This document shows, in pieces, positions 10,952 to 21,916 of a stretch of 64,000 bases of DNA. The stretch covers positions 224,001 to 288,000 of the forward strand of contig CBDCYI010000011.1 in assembly GCA_965224085.1 (NCBI GenBank). Reading direction: 5' to 3'. The first letter of the stretch is position 1; every line of letters starts with the position of its first letter. The notes beneath the pieces were generated by a model. It ran no database searches. It saw nothing but the letters and a program-made list of their open reading frames with translations, and was not told where the DNA came from. The position numbers and the translations under genes were made by a program. The stretch is from Candidatus Marinacidobacterales bacterium. Its GTDB lineage: Bacteria > Acidobacteriota > Vicinamibacteria > Marinacidobacterales > SMYC01.

Positions 10952-11794
10952 TCATGAGTCCTTTGCTTCCACGAGCTCGGATGGGCGCTTGATGGTCGCG
11001 TCGAACGGAACCTTCAGCTGATAGAGAAGGTTCTCGTGTTCTCCGTCCGGCAGTACGTTCAGGCCGTAGCGCACTTTCGTCACGTCGCCGTAAGTGAGCG
11101 TGCCGAACAAACGATCCCAGATGGAAAAGATGTTTCCGTAATTCGTGTCGGTCCACGGGAGCTCGAAATGGTGATGGAACTTGTGTAAGTTCGGCGTGAC
11201 GAACACGAAGCTCAGTGGCCGGTCGAGCCAATCCGGCACAGCTATGTTCGCGTGTGTGGCGTAGGTGAACAAGACCGTCGTGATTCGATAGAGCATATAG
11301 AAAGCAAAAGGCACGCCCACGACGACGACCGTGACGAGCGCGAAAGCCTCGCGCATCACGTAGTCTCCCGGATGGTGCCGTGTTCCTGTCGTCGCGTCGA
11401 CGTTCACATCGCTGTGATGCACCATGTGAAACCGCCACATCCAGCCCACCTTGTGGAGCAAGAAATGCACCAGATATTGCCCGACGAGATCCAGCAGCAG
11501 GAAGGCAACGACGAGCTTTGCCCAGACCGGAAGCTCCATTAAGTAGAGCAGGCCCACCTGGTTTGCCGAGATCCACGCGAACGCGCCGACGCTCGCGACG
11601 GTAAATGCTGTGTTGATGGCGAGCGTGGTGAACAAGAGCACGAAGTTGATGCGGGCGTGGCTCCACTTGTTATACGCGAGCTGGACCAGCGGCTTTGCGT
11701 CCTCGAGAGCCCAGCTGGCGGACAAACAGACGAGGACCCAGGCCGCCTTTTGCCACGTGGGCATGTTCTCGAAAAACCCCAAGAGCTCCGTCAT
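10952..11794 (-). CDS. Sterol desaturase/fatty acid hydroxylase family protein
   Basis: His boxes HFLLH, HMVHHSD, RHHP, HKFHHH and NYGNIFSIWDRLFGT. Confidence 0.9.
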   Translation of the reverse strand: MTELLGFFENMPTWQKAAWVLVCLSASWALEDAKPLVQLAYNKWSHARINFVLLFTTLAINTAFTVASVGAFAWISANQVGLLYLMELPVWAKLVVAFLLLDLVGQYLVHFLLHKVGWMWRFHMVHHSDVNVDATTGTRHHPGDYVMREAFALVTVVVVGVPFAFYMLYRITTVLFTYATHANIAVPDWLDRPLSFVFVTPNLHKFHHHFELPWTDTNYGNIFSIWDRLFGTLTYGDVTKVRYGLNVLPDGEHENLLYQLKVPFDATIKRPSELVEAKDS

Positions 11795-11834
11795 GGTGGC
11801 TTCTGTGTATGCTACTACTCTAGGGGGACCACGC

Positions 11835-12584
11835 GTGCTTCGAGACGAAGAGGTCGAGCTTCGGTTCTACGAGGAGCTCAATGATTTTCTTCCCCGCCAT
11901 CGGCGGAAACGTAGCTTCCACCACCGCTTGCGCGGACCTCGTTCGGTCAAGGACTTTGTCGAATCGCTCGGCGTGCCGCATACCGAGATCGACGTCATCC
12001 TCGTGAACGGGGAGTCCGTCGGTTTCGAGCATCGCCTCACCGGTGGCGAGCGCGTGGCCGTCTACCCGGTGTTCGAGCGGCTGGACGTTTCGAGTGTCAC
12101 TCGGCTTCGTCCCGAGCCGCTCCGCGATCCGAAATTCATTGCGGACGTGCATTTGGGAAAGCTCGCGCGCTACCTGAGGCTCCTTGGTTTCGATACCGTC
12201 TATGAGCGTGATCTGGACGACGCTGCCATCGCCCTCCGTGCTCGCGATGAGCAGCGGATCGTGCTCACGCGCGATCGCGGGCTTCTCAAGAGAAATGCGG
12301 TAACGCACGCGCACGCCGTTCGCTCGATGGAACCGGACGGCCAACTTAAGGAGGTCGTCGAGGCGTTCGACCTCCGGAGCCGCATTGCGCCCTTTACACG
12401 TTGCCTGAAGTGCAGCGGTACGGTTCGAAACGTCGATAAGGCGGAAGTCGAGCACCAGCTGCCGAAGCATACGCGAAGGGAGTATGACCGCTTCCTTCGC
12501 TGCGAGAACTGCGCGTCGATCTACTGGCCCGGCGCACATTTCGCGAGGCTTCGCGCGCTCGTCGACTCGGTCTCGGCTGAGTAG
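11835..12584 (+). CDS. Mut7-C ubiquitin/RNase (PIN) domain protein
   Basis: FYEELNDFLP, ESLGVPHTEI, DVHLGKLARYLRLLGFDT, LTRDRGLL, CxxC...CxxC, YWPGAH; GTG start after AGGGGG. Confidence 0.9.
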   Translation: MLRDEEVELRFYEELNDFLPRHRRKRSFHHRLRGPRSVKDFVESLGVPHTEIDVILVNGESVGFEHRLTGGERVAVYPVFERLDVSSVTRLRPEPLRDPKFIADVHLGKLARYLRLLGFDTVYERDLDDAAIALRARDEQRIVLTRDRGLLKRNAVTHAHAVRSMEPDGQLKEVVEAFDLRSRIAPFTRCLKCSGTVRNVDKAEVEHQLPKHTRREYDRFLRCENCASIYWPGAHFARLRALVDSVSAE

Positions 12585-13032
12585 CACTTGGCGAGCTCGG
12601 TGTCATACTGGTTTAGATGCTCGATGCAATGGCGGCGGTCCTTCTCGTTGTGTCCAGTCTCCTGGCACTCCAGACCGTCATCAATCTGCTCGTCTTTCGG
12701 ACGCTCGAAGAGGCGTCCCAGACGAGCCGCTCGCGCGTTTCCATTGTCATCCCCGCGAGAAACGAGGCACGCACGATCGGGAAAACACTCGATGCAGCTT
12801 TGCGCCAGGACTATCCGGATTTCGAGGTCATCATCGTCGATGACGACTCGACCGATGGAACGGCGGCCGAGATTGCAAAGCGATCCTCGGACGCGAAGCT
12901 CATCAGCATGACCTCTCGCCCGCTCGAGGCCGGTTGGCTCGGAAAGCCCAACGCGCTCGCCACCGGCGCGGCTCGAGCGACAGGGCGCTTCATCCTCTTC
13001 ATGGATGCCGATGTCGAGCTGCACCCGCTAGC

Positions 13033-15032
13033 CCATGTTTCCCTTTTAGGTCTCTAAGTCATCATAAACAAAGGACTGAGATCCGCGGTTTGTCTCTACG
13101 CTGACAGCACCTCCTCGGAGAAGGCTGGCGGGTCGCGTTCAACGATTCCGAGTGCAGTCAGGATCGAGTTGGCGCGAGCGGTGCCGCGCGTGACGACGCG
13201 CTTGGTCCGCCCAGAACCCAGCTGTAAGTCGACGAGCCGGACCGAGCGTAGCGCTTGTAGTGCCTCGGTTGCGGACAGGTCGAGTTCGGCGACCTTGAGC
13301 TTTTTCTCAAGAGCCCGATGCACAAGGAAGGCCAGCGTAGCTACGAAAAGATGTGCCCCCACACGCTCATCGGTCTGGTGGTAAACGGGACGCATCTCAA
13401 TGACATCCTTAAGGCATGAGAAGGCTCGCTCGACCTCGTTTAGGTCCTTGTAAAGGCGCACGGCGTCGACCGGAGAGAGGTTTTGCTCCTCGGTTTGAAT
13501 AACGTACTTACCCTCGTAGGCTTGCTCGCGCTTGAGGTTGTCCGGGTGCTCGAAGAAGCGGAAGCGAGCGTTTTTGTACTCCCAGTCGTAGTAACGGTGA
13601 CCGTGGTGGCGTGCCTGTATGCGCGCGGCGGCGGCACCGATTTTCTCGGGGGCTTTCAATCGTCCCTCGCGCACGCGGCGCTCAAGGGCCTCGAATGCCG
13701 CACGGGCACGTCCCATGGCCCGCAGCCTCTGCCCGCGCTCGTAGGCGAGCCTTTCGTCGCTGTGAACGACGAAGATGCGCACGCCAGACTGCTCGGAGCG
13801 GACTTCTTGCACACGAGTCTTAGGTGGCTCGGCTTTTTCGCTCACCGTGATGCCACCAGGGCAGTCGATCCACTCTCCGCTGGCGCGCTCGATGTAACGA
13901 TAGACCTCCTCGCGCCGTCGTCTTTGCAGCCCGACGAGATAGCCCTGCTTGCGCGAGCGCACCACCGCCAGGCTGTCGCTCGTTACCATCCCTCGGTCGC
14001 CGACAAAAACCACGCGGTGCAAACCGAATCGTTCGTTGAGATCGTTGAGCACCTGCGGCACCGTTTTCGCGTCACGCCAGTTGCCGGCGAAAACATGGTG
14101 GGCGATCGGCCAACCGTCCACCATCACCAGACCGACAAGCACTTGCCGGTTACGCGGTCTGCGGTCGCGACTGTAGCCGTGGGCGCCGAGCCCCGGAGGG
14201 CCTTGACCTTCGAAGTACGTCGACGTCAGGTCGTAAAACACCATGTCAACCTCAAGCGAAAACAGATCCCGCAAGCGCAAAAACAGCTCTTTCTCGATCT
14301 GTTCTTTGCGGGCATGCAGCTGGTCGAGCGTTCGGTACCATTGCTTGAGTTGGCAAAACTCCACGCGAACCCGCGGGGAGCGACTCGCTCGCCGCTCCCC
14401 ATCATCGCGCCACTGCGGCACCCACCGCCGCCCCTGCCGGTCGCAGACGAAGTCGGTCTCGAGCCAGCGCGCCAGACCGTGCTCGCTTGACGGAGCACAT
14501 AGCCGGTTGGCGACCAGCACCAAAGCTCGCTCGCTTAGCGCCACTCCGTCGCGCTTGCCGCGGCCTCCGAGCCGGTCGAGAATCTGCTCCAGTCCGAGCT
14601 CGCGCCACAGCGTCGCCGTCACCACCATCGGACCCCAATCCCACGCGTCTGCCCCCGCGATCTGCTCGGCTGCTCGCTCGGTGTCGGCCGGTTCACCGGC
14701 CCCAAGCAACCGATTGAGGGAGTCGAGATTGGCAACTAGGAGATCCTTGCGCCCCAAGTTGCACACTACGCGTTGCTTCGGCTTGCCGTGCTCCCGATAC
14801 GACTCGACCAGGCGGACATACTCATGTTGAACCCCTTTGCCGCCTGCGGCCCGAACGATGCGGAAGAACATAACCTGTCCTCACGCATACTACATATCAT
14901 TGTCCACGATTACAACGTATTAATGGCGCTCAAAGCACAATATCTGTCTCTACGTTTTGGGCAAATTCAACCCCCGTTCCTTTGAATTCAGTCACTTACG
15001 AGCGTTAGGGTGCCCATAAAGGGTAAACATGG
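13033..15032 (-). mobile_element. IS1634-family element type A, 2000 bp, complete
   Basis: Imperfect IRs CCATGTTTCCCTTT / CCATGTTTACCCTTT; GCTAGC direct repeats at 13027-13032 and 15033-15038. Confidence 0.92.
13096..14871 (-). CDS. IS1634-family transposase
   Basis: LVESYRE, FYDLTSTYFEG, GYSRD, FVGDRGM, YKDLNEVERAF, RPVYH. Confidence 0.93.
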   Translation of the reverse strand: MFFRIVRAAGGKGVQHEYVRLVESYREHGKPKQRVVCNLGRKDLLVANLDSLNRLLGAGEPADTERAAEQIAGADAWDWGPMVVTATLWRELGLEQILDRLGGRGKRDGVALSERALVLVANRLCAPSSEHGLARWLETDFVCDRQGRRWVPQWRDDGERRASRSPRVRVEFCQLKQWYRTLDQLHARKEQIEKELFLRLRDLFSLEVDMVFYDLTSTYFEGQGPPGLGAHGYSRDRRPRNRQVLVGLVMVDGWPIAHHVFAGNWRDAKTVPQVLNDLNERFGLHRVVFVGDRGMVTSDSLAVVRSRKQGYLVGLQRRRREEVYRYIERASGEWIDCPGGITVSEKAEPPKTRVQEVRSEQSGVRIFVVHSDERLAYERGQRLRAMGRARAAFEALERRVREGRLKAPEKIGAAAARIQARHHGHRYYDWEYKNARFRFFEHPDNLKREQAYEGKYVIQTEEQNLSPVDAVRLYKDLNEVERAFSCLKDVIEMRPVYHQTDERVGAHLFVATLAFLVHRALEKKLKVAELDLSATEALQALRSVRLVDLQLGSGRTKRVVTRGTARANSILTALGIVERDPPAFSEEVLSA

Positions 15033-15776
15033 GCTAGCGCTCCGGGATTCGGTCGCGGCTTGTGAGCGGTCCGGCTGGAGCCACCTGGCGCTCCTGCCGC
15101 ATTTAGAGAGAGAAGGCTTCTGGGAAGAGCTTCTCATGCCAATGATCCCGAACGTCGCCTTTGTGTGCCTACCATCTTTTCTCGCGTTTTTGCCCTGGAC
15201 CCGCATCGCCGCTGGGAGCGGCGCGTTCGGGCTCGTCGAGCGGGAGGCTTACGAATCGATGGGCGGCCATGATCGGCTTCGAAACTCGGTCGTCGACGAT
15301 GTGAGGCTCGCCATCGAGCTCAAACGTGCGGGCTTCAAGAGCCGCGCCCGTCTGGGCGCGCACCGCCTTCGCCTTCGCATGTATCACGGGCTCGACGAAA
15401 TCGTCGAGGGTTTCACCAAGAACGCGCATGCGGGATTCGGGAGCTCGACCCTGGGCCCGCTCTTCGTGCTCCCAGTGATCCTCTGGATCGGCTTCACACC
15501 CCATACGTGGCCGATCTTGGCAGCGCTCTATCCTGAGCTCGCCTTTGTGGGTGCCATTGGGTCGATCGGCGCGAGCTTCGGGATCGTCTTGTTGGCGCAG
15601 AGCCTCGTCCATTGGCGTCTGGGATTCCCACTCTGGCCCGTCCTCGTGGCGCCTGTCGCCACGTTGATAGGGCTTTTCGTCGTGCTCCGCTCGCTCAAGA
15701 TGGTGCGCAACGAAGGGGTCGTGCGCTGGCGCGGTCGCGAATACCCGCACGAGAGCACTGAGTTCTGAGTAGGAAG

Positions 15777-15808
15777 AAAAAAAAGCCGGCGCCCGATCGG
15801 ATGCCGGC
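15777..15808 (-). terminator. Intrinsic terminator after the DUF4399 gene
   Basis: GCCGGC stem-loop followed by T8 on the minus strand. Confidence 0.7.
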
Positions 15809-15821
15809 GTGCTGAAACAGA

Positions 15822-16361
15822 CTACTCGGAGACGACAATCGTGACCGAGGCGCACAGGCCGGGCTCGTCGAGCGTCACGTGCTCGCCATCGCCGAGCTGA
15901 ATCGTAAGCGTATGCTCGCCCTCCGGGAGTTGCATTTCGATCATCGCCGAGCCGTCGCCGAAATGTACCCAAGGGTCGGCTTCTGGAATGGCCTCTCCCG
16001 CAGGGAGACATTCGGTGTTGACGCCGATGTGATGGTGGCCCGCTCCGGCGTGCACGTCACCTTTGGGCTCGATCACGATGTTCTCGGATCCGAACTCGAA
16101 CGCGACCGGCGAAGTCACGGTCGCGCCGTCTTCCGGAGTGATAAACCATACACGCGGTGCGTCCGAGCCCTCCGCCATTTCGGCGGGCTCTTCCGCGGCA
16201 GCGTGTTCCATGCCGGCCTCGTGGCCTGCTTCTTCTGCTACTTCTGCTTGTTCTCCACCGCCACCGGCGCAGGCGACGCTGAGGCAAAGAAGAACGATGC
16301 AAGCAAGAGCGGTCAAGCAGAATCCGTATCTCCCCTCGATAGGGGTGAGATGGGTCCTCAT
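15822..16361 (-). CDS. DUF4399 domain putative lipoprotein
   Basis: PEDGATV, GHHHI, HFGDG, LPEGEHTLTIQLGDGEH. Confidence 0.85.
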   Translation of the reverse strand: MRTHLTPIEGRYGFCLTALACIVLLCLSVACAGGGGEQAEVAEEAGHEAGMEHAAAEEPAEMAEGSDAPRVWFITPEDGATVTSPVAFEFGSENIVIEPKGDVHAGAGHHHIGVNTECLPAGEAIPEADPWVHFGDGSAMIEMQLPEGEHTLTIQLGDGEHVTLDEPGLCASVTIVVSE

Positions 16362-16524
16362 TTTAGAATCTCCTTATGGTCGGGGCTTTGCGCGGCAGCG
16401 GTGAATTCGAGCCGTGCGCGGATCTCCAGTCCAATCCTAGGAGAAAACCCGGCCCACGACAAGCGCAAAGGGGGCGGCCTTTTTGGCCTTGATTCATGCA
16501 ACCGCCGAAAGCACCGTCCTGATT

Positions 16525-17199
16525 TCACGCTACGCGGACCCACCGCCCACCCACCATCGTGCGCTCGACGGAGATATCGATGAGCGTCGACGGGTCGACT
16601 TCGGTCGGATCTTGGCCGAGCACGACGAGATCGGCGAGCTTGCCGGCTTCGATCGAGCCTTTGTCGTTTTCTTCGAAAGACGCATGCGCGCCGTGGAGCG
16701 TGCCGCCGCGGATCGCTTCCAAAACGCTCACTCTTTGACTCGGGCCCCACACGGTCCCGTTCATGTCCGTGCGGGTGACGCTCGATTGGAGCGCCATCAT
16801 CGGCTCGAACGGCCCGGGCGGTAGTCAGAAGTCTGCGTCACTTTGATCCCCGCATCAAGGAAGCTCCGGACTGCGAACATGTGCTGCAGCCGTTCGGCGC
16901 CGTAGTAGATCATCTTCTCCCCGTGATAGCAGACGTAAGTCGAGAACAGATTCGGGATCGCGCCGAGCGCGCGGATGCGCACGATGAGTTCGTCGTTGAC
17001 GACGGTGCGGTGCTCGAGGCGGAAACGCGGATCCTCGCGCGGCAGCTCCTGTTGGACAGCTTCGGCCTTTGGCTGTCGATCGTCGATAGTACTAAAGTTG
17101 CCGTGGTGCAGGATCAGCTCTGCTCGAGTCAGCTCGATCGGGAGAAGACTTGCGGCGCTGACGCTCTTGAAAAAACTCGCGGCGGTTCAGACGAAACAT
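16525..17199 (-). pseudogene. Amidohydrolase_3 (YtcJ-like), internally deleted and frameshifted
   Basis: Start MFRLNRREFF after GAGGAGG. AELILHHGNFSTID..PKAEAV is joined directly to QQELPREDPRFRLEH, followed by KGSIEAGKLADLVVL and TMVGG. Confidence 0.8.
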
Positions 17200-17238
17200 G
17201 GTGCCTCCTCTCGAGGAGGCACGATTCTAGCAGGCCTG

Positions 17239-17289
17239 CTAGTCCCTGTGGTTCGTCACAAAATCTCGGGCTTAATACAGGGGGACTAG
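17239..17289. mobile_element. 51-bp MITE-like remnant bounded by CTAG
   Basis: CTAGTCCCTGT ... ACAGGGGGACTAG inverted ends. Confidence 0.5.
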
Positions 17290-18780
17290 TTTTCGGTGTC
17301 GGACTCGTTTTTCTGAGGCCGCTCGGGCGGAAGCCCCGAGAGGAACACGTCGCTCAAGCCAGCGATGGTTCGATGGTCGAGGCTCGATTCGCTGCGGAAC
17401 ATTGCCTGTTCCTCGCCGGTCTCGCCGATAGCGAGTAGCGCCGCGACGAGAACTTCGAATTGTGTCGGGCCGGGCTCAGAGGCGAGGACGTCGGCGAGAC
17501 GCACGATACCCCTACGAATACGCTCGGCCAGTTGCTCCGCGCGTTGGTGATCCGGTGCGATTCTGAGAGCTTCGCACACGAGCCGGAGGCTCCCGGCGAG
17601 ATCGCCAGAATGATGTCTCGGCGGCCGCTAGTTTTTCATCGGCCCTGATGGCGTCTTGCTGCGTGGCTCCCGACGTTGGGGGCACCCTCGTCCACGTCGC
17701 CTCGTAAATCGACACCGTCGGGTCATTGTCGCTCGCGCTGACTGCGGCGCTCTCCACGAGCTTCTCGAGCCGGCGCAAATGCAGGCTCGCCCCATCCTTG
17801 AGGCCGACGAGCGACATGTAGCTTACGTCGTCGCGCTCGAGCGACGCCGTGAGACGTTTCGACGGCGAGCCGATGCCTTCCCGGGAAAAGAGCTCCTGGT
17901 TTTGATGCGCTAGATCCTTGACCTGGGTCAGTGTGCCTCGTGCTTCCTCGCGTAGTTGCCTCTTGTATTGGCTGAGGAATCGCCGAAAACGGGTCAGATC
18001 CCTAACCAGACCGTCGGCGTTTTGATAGCGCCGTTCCACGGACTTGTTCATCATCTTCGACACGATACGGCTCAGCTCCGCTGGAATGGCGGGAACGAGC
18101 CCCCGGATCGGTTTCGGAGTACAGCGAAGGATCTCGTCGAAGATTACCTGGAGATTCTCGCCGTCGAATGCTTTCTTGCTCGTTAGCAGCTCATAGATGA
18201 GAGCTCCGAGCGAGAAGATGTCGGATCGCGGATCCGCTTTGCCGCCGATGACTTGCTCGGGAGACATGTAGAACGGCGTCCCTACGATCTGCCCTACCTC
18301 CGTGATCGTGGAAAAGGCGATATGGGCGAGCCCGAAATCGAGGAGCTTGATTTCGCCGGCTTGGGTCACGAAGACGTTACGCGGTTTGATATCGCGGTGG
18401 ACGACACCTCGATGATGAGCGTGGGCGAGCCCTTCTGCGATACTCTCGGCGATGCGGAGTTTTGTTTCAAAGGTCAGGTGCTCGCGCGACCCCATTAGCG
18501 CCGTCACGTCGCTGCCTTCGAGTAGCTCCATCGCGATGAAGACTTTGTCGTTCTCTTGGCCAAGGTCGAACACGGTGACGATATTCGGATGCTTCAGGGA
18601 GGCAATGACGCGCGCCTCCCGAAAAAACCGCTCTACGGCTTGAACGTTGGGCTCGGCACCGATGGTATGGATCTTGAGGGCGACCTCGCGCTCGAGGACA
18701 GTGTCGAGAGCGCAGTAAACGACCCCCATCCCGCCTTTGCCGATCCGCCGAACGATCTTGTACTTGCCGATTTTTTTCAT
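17286..18780 (-). pseudogene. Hanks-type Ser/Thr protein kinase, frameshift near 17600
   Basis: GKGGMGVVY, VALK, HRDIKPRN, DFGLA, GTPFYMSPEQ; C-terminal part lies in another frame. Confidence 0.85.
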
Positions 18781-18873
18781 GGCGCGTGTCATCCGTGTAC
18801 AGTCTGCAAAGCGTCAGGGGAGGCCAATCAGACCAGGGATCGCGCCCGGAGTCAAATGGCGCGCACCGGGCCC

Positions 18874-19302
18874 TTAGTCGCTAAAGTCCTGGCTCACGAC
18901 ACGTTCGGGCTCGAGCACGAGAAGCACGTGCGGCAGGTCCCGAACGCTCTCGTAGTAGCTTCGAGCGTCTTCCTCGCGCTCGTAGTAGCGCCGAATGATG
19001 CGCCAGCGCATGGCCGCGCTTGCTTCGTCGTCTCCGGGCCGGAGCTCGGCGGTGCCGTACAGCATGACGGCCCGCACGTCACCACGACCGCCGTCGATGC
19101 AGAGGCTCACGCCCGGGCGGCGTTTCAGGTTCTTATGTTTCGCGCTGCCACTAACGATGCTCATGGAAAGCCGGCCGTCCTCGTACAGGAACCATACCGG
19201 GCTGAGCTGCGGGGGGCCCTCGCTCGCGTGCGTGGCGAGAATCGCATGGAGCGGCTGTTGCAGAAAAGCGTCGATTTCGGCGTCTGTCATCCGCTTGGTC
19301 AT
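18874..19302 (-). CDS. PPOX-class (pyridoxamine 5'-phosphate oxidase-like) oxidoreductase
   Basis: AILAT..GPPQLSPVWF, KHKNLKRRPGVSLCID. Confidence 0.85.
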   Translation of the reverse strand: MTKRMTDAEIDAFLQQPLHAILATHASEGPPQLSPVWFLYEDGRLSMSIVSGSAKHKNLKRRPGVSLCIDGGRGDVRAVMLYGTAELRPGDDEASAAMRWRIIRRYYEREEDARSYYESVRDLPHVLLVLEPERVVSQDFSD

Positions 19303-19474
19303 GTGCCCAGCATAACGTGGATGCGCGCCGCGTCGGATTTTCACCCGGCTCCCGTTTGGACTATGATCCCGCGTCACCGAAAGCCGGAAGGACCAGGAGT
19401 AGCTCATTTTTTCGTCGATCGATCTTCTGAAGGGCAACCGGCTACGGTGGCCCTTTCACGTTAGGGAGTTCTTC

Positions 19475-20341
19475 ATGAAAAATTGGTCTCGACTCTTTCT
19501 TGCGGCCGTGTTCGTCCCGGCTGCAATGTGGGCGGAATCCCTGACGCCGGAAAAGGTGCTCGATCGGAGAGGGCTTTCGGAGGTTCGCTGGTCGCCCGAT
19601 GGCACCAAGGTCGCGTTCGTCGTCGCCGAGCCGATGCGCGGGGCGGATCAGAACCGCGATATCTGGCTCTACGACGAAACGCATGATGAGCTGCGCCGGC
19701 TGACGACTTCCGACGAGTCGGATCGCTCCCCCCGCTGGTCGCCAGATGGCCGCACGCTCGCTTTCATCTCCGACCCGGCGCAGATCCATTTGCTGCCGAT
19801 GAGCGGCGGCGAAGCGCGGGCGCTCACTAACGGGAAAACCGGGGTCACCCGCTTCGTCTGGTCGCCGGACGGGAGCGCCATCGCGTTTCTCGCGCCCGAG
19901 CCTCGATCCGAAGAGGACGAAAAAAGAAACGAAGACAAAGACGATGCCCGCGTTGTCGACAAGGACGACCGCCCTCCGCAGCTGTGGAGCGTCGACGTGG
20001 CTTCCGGCGACGTGTCCGCATTGACGACCGGCATCAATGCTTACGACACTTGGTTTCTCGGAAACCCCTACGAGAACCAAGCTCATTTCGTCGAGCGCTC
20101 GCCCGTCACTCATGTCCGAAACGCCAAGACCCCGACGTTAATCCCCTGCGGCGAGAACGACAGGACGGATCCCATCGGGCAATGCACGCAGTTTTACCGC
20201 GGGCTGCGGCGCTACGGTGTCGATGCCGAGCTCGTGATCTATCCACGCGAAGGAAACGGCATACGCGAAGAAAAACATCGTCTCGATCTGCTTCGCCGCG
20301 TAGTGGCCTGGTTCGACGCGCGTCTTAGAAGCGGGTCGTAA
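19475..20341 (+). pseudogene. S9 peptidase with large in-frame internal deletion
   Basis: Three WSPDG repeats joined at LTTG|INAY to SP..KTPTLI.CGEND..YPREGNG; the GxSxGG nucleophile motif is missing and the catalytic His position is Asn. Confidence 0.8.
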
Positions 20342-21209
20342 GTGTCCGCGTCGGTTCTCGACATCCGGGGGGCTCTCCTACCGCTACCCCGGCGCTGATC
20401 GCGACGCGCTCCGGGATCTCGCATTCACGGTGGATGAGGGCGAGATCTTCGGCTTTCTCGGGCCGAACGGATCGGGGAAAAGTACGACGCAGAAGCTTCT
20501 CACCGGCATCCTCCACGGCTACAAAGGCCGCATCGAAGTTTTAGGGCGAGATTTACAAGACCAGGGGAGCGACTATTACAACTCGGTTGGCGTGTGCTTT
20601 GAGTTTCCGAATCTGTACGAGAAGCTCACCGCAGAGGAGAACCTGGAGTTCTACGGGGCGTTTTTTGAAGGCTCCACCGAGCGCGCCGCCGACGTACTGA
20701 AACGGCTCGACCTTCCCCTTGGCGACCGCCGCGTCGCGGGGCAATGGTCGAAGGGCATGAAGATGCGCTTGACCCTCGCGCGATCGCTCGTCAACAAGCC
20801 GCGTCTATGGTTTCTCGACGAGCCGACGACAGGACAGGATCCGCAACACGCGGTTCTGATTCGAAAGCTCATCCGCGAGAAGGCCGAAGCGGGTACGAGC
20901 GTCTTTCTCACGACTCATGACATGACGGTCGCAGACGAGCTCTGCGATCGGGTCGCGTTTCTCGTGGACGGGACGATCGTGCTCGTGGACGCGCCGCGCA
21001 AGCTGAAGCTCGCGCACACGAGCCATGTCGCTCGCGTGGAACATCGCAACGGCGGCGAAGTGATGAGCAGCGATTTCGATCTGGCCGAAGCGACGCAAAA
21101 GAAGCGCTTTCTCGACCTCGTCCGCGACCAAGACATCGACACCATCCATACGCAAGAGCCGTCTCTCGAGGATGTTTTCTTGAAAGTCACCGGCCGGGAG
21201 CTCGCGTGA
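20342..21209 (+). CDS. ABC exporter ATP-binding subunit (apparent +1 frameshift in the G6 run near 20367)
   Basis: GPNGSGKST, SKGMK, LDEPT, TTH; upstream GTG...LDIR/GLSYRYPG is out of frame by one G. Confidence 0.8.
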
Positions 21210-21916
21210 GCCCGTCGCGTCTCAAGAACGCCGTTCGTCTGATGCTACTGATCCAGTATCGCTCGGGATTTCTGCAAATCTATTTCGGCGTCACCTTCTC
21301 GACCATCTTGATCGTGCGCGTCTTCGTGCCCGAATCCTGGTGGAGCATCGTCGTGCCCGGCCTGCTTCTCGGTGAGTACGGAACCATGGGCGTCTTCATG
21401 GTGGCGGCCATGCGTTTTCTCGAGCGCCAGGAAGGCAGCACAGCGGCGCTCGTCGTGACGCCCTTGCGAGCTCGGGAGCACGTGCTCGCGGTGATCTTGG
21501 CGCCGAGCGCTGTCGCTGTCGTGGCCGGACTCGCCGTCTTCGCGGCTATCGTCGGCGTCGATAGCCGCCTTCTGTTTCTGTTCATGCCTCTTTTTCTAAC
21601 GACGGTTCTCGCGGGATCGGTGGGCCTCATCGTGTCGTCCCACTACGCCGAGTTCACGCGCTTTTTACTCGGTGCCATCCCCATCGTTACCATCTTCTCG
21701 TTGCCGTTTCTTTCTTACTTCGACGTGACCCCTCGCTATACCTTCGTTTGGCTTCCCTGGGATGCCGCGCTTTTCTCGTTCGCGAATGTGGCGGGGGATG
21801 AGGTCCACTCGCTGGCTTACGTTTTGTTGAGCCTGCAGCTCGCCGTGTTTGCGGCCCTCTCGCTCGTCTGGGCGGAGCGTGTTTTCCGGCGGCGCGTGCG
21901 GGAGGGCGTTTTGTGA
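21206..21916 (+). CDS. ABC-2-type permease
   Basis: About 6 TM segments, LERQEGS..ALVVTPL; start overlaps the ATPase stop. Confidence 0.8.
   Translation: MSPSRLKNAVRLMLLIQYRSGFLQIYFGVTFSTILIVRVFVPESWWSIVVPGLLLGEYGTMGVFMVAAMRFLERQEGSTAALVVTPLRAREHVLAVILAPSAVAVVAGLAVFAAIVGVDSRLLFLFMPLFLTTVLAGSVGLIVSSHYAEFTRFLLGAIPIVTIFSLPFLSYFDVTPRYTFVWLPWDAALFSFANVAGDEVHSLAYVLLSLQLAVFAALSLVWAERVFRRRVREGVL

Larger units (their letters stand above)
12617..15768 (+). pseudogene. GT2 glycosyltransferase (carotenoid/hopanoid-type) split by IS1634
   Basis: IPARNE, DDDSTDGT, GWLGKP and DAD before the IS; VVDDVRLA, RMY and GFTKN after it. Removing the IS and one GCTAGC restores ...ELHPLALRD... Confidence 0.9.

Noticed and set aside
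20367-20372. Programmed frameshifting or phase variation at homopolymers (G6 here and similar runs elsewhere)
   Set aside because: The runs are short with no stimulatory signals, and cannot be told apart from sequencing indels or ordinary decay without reads.
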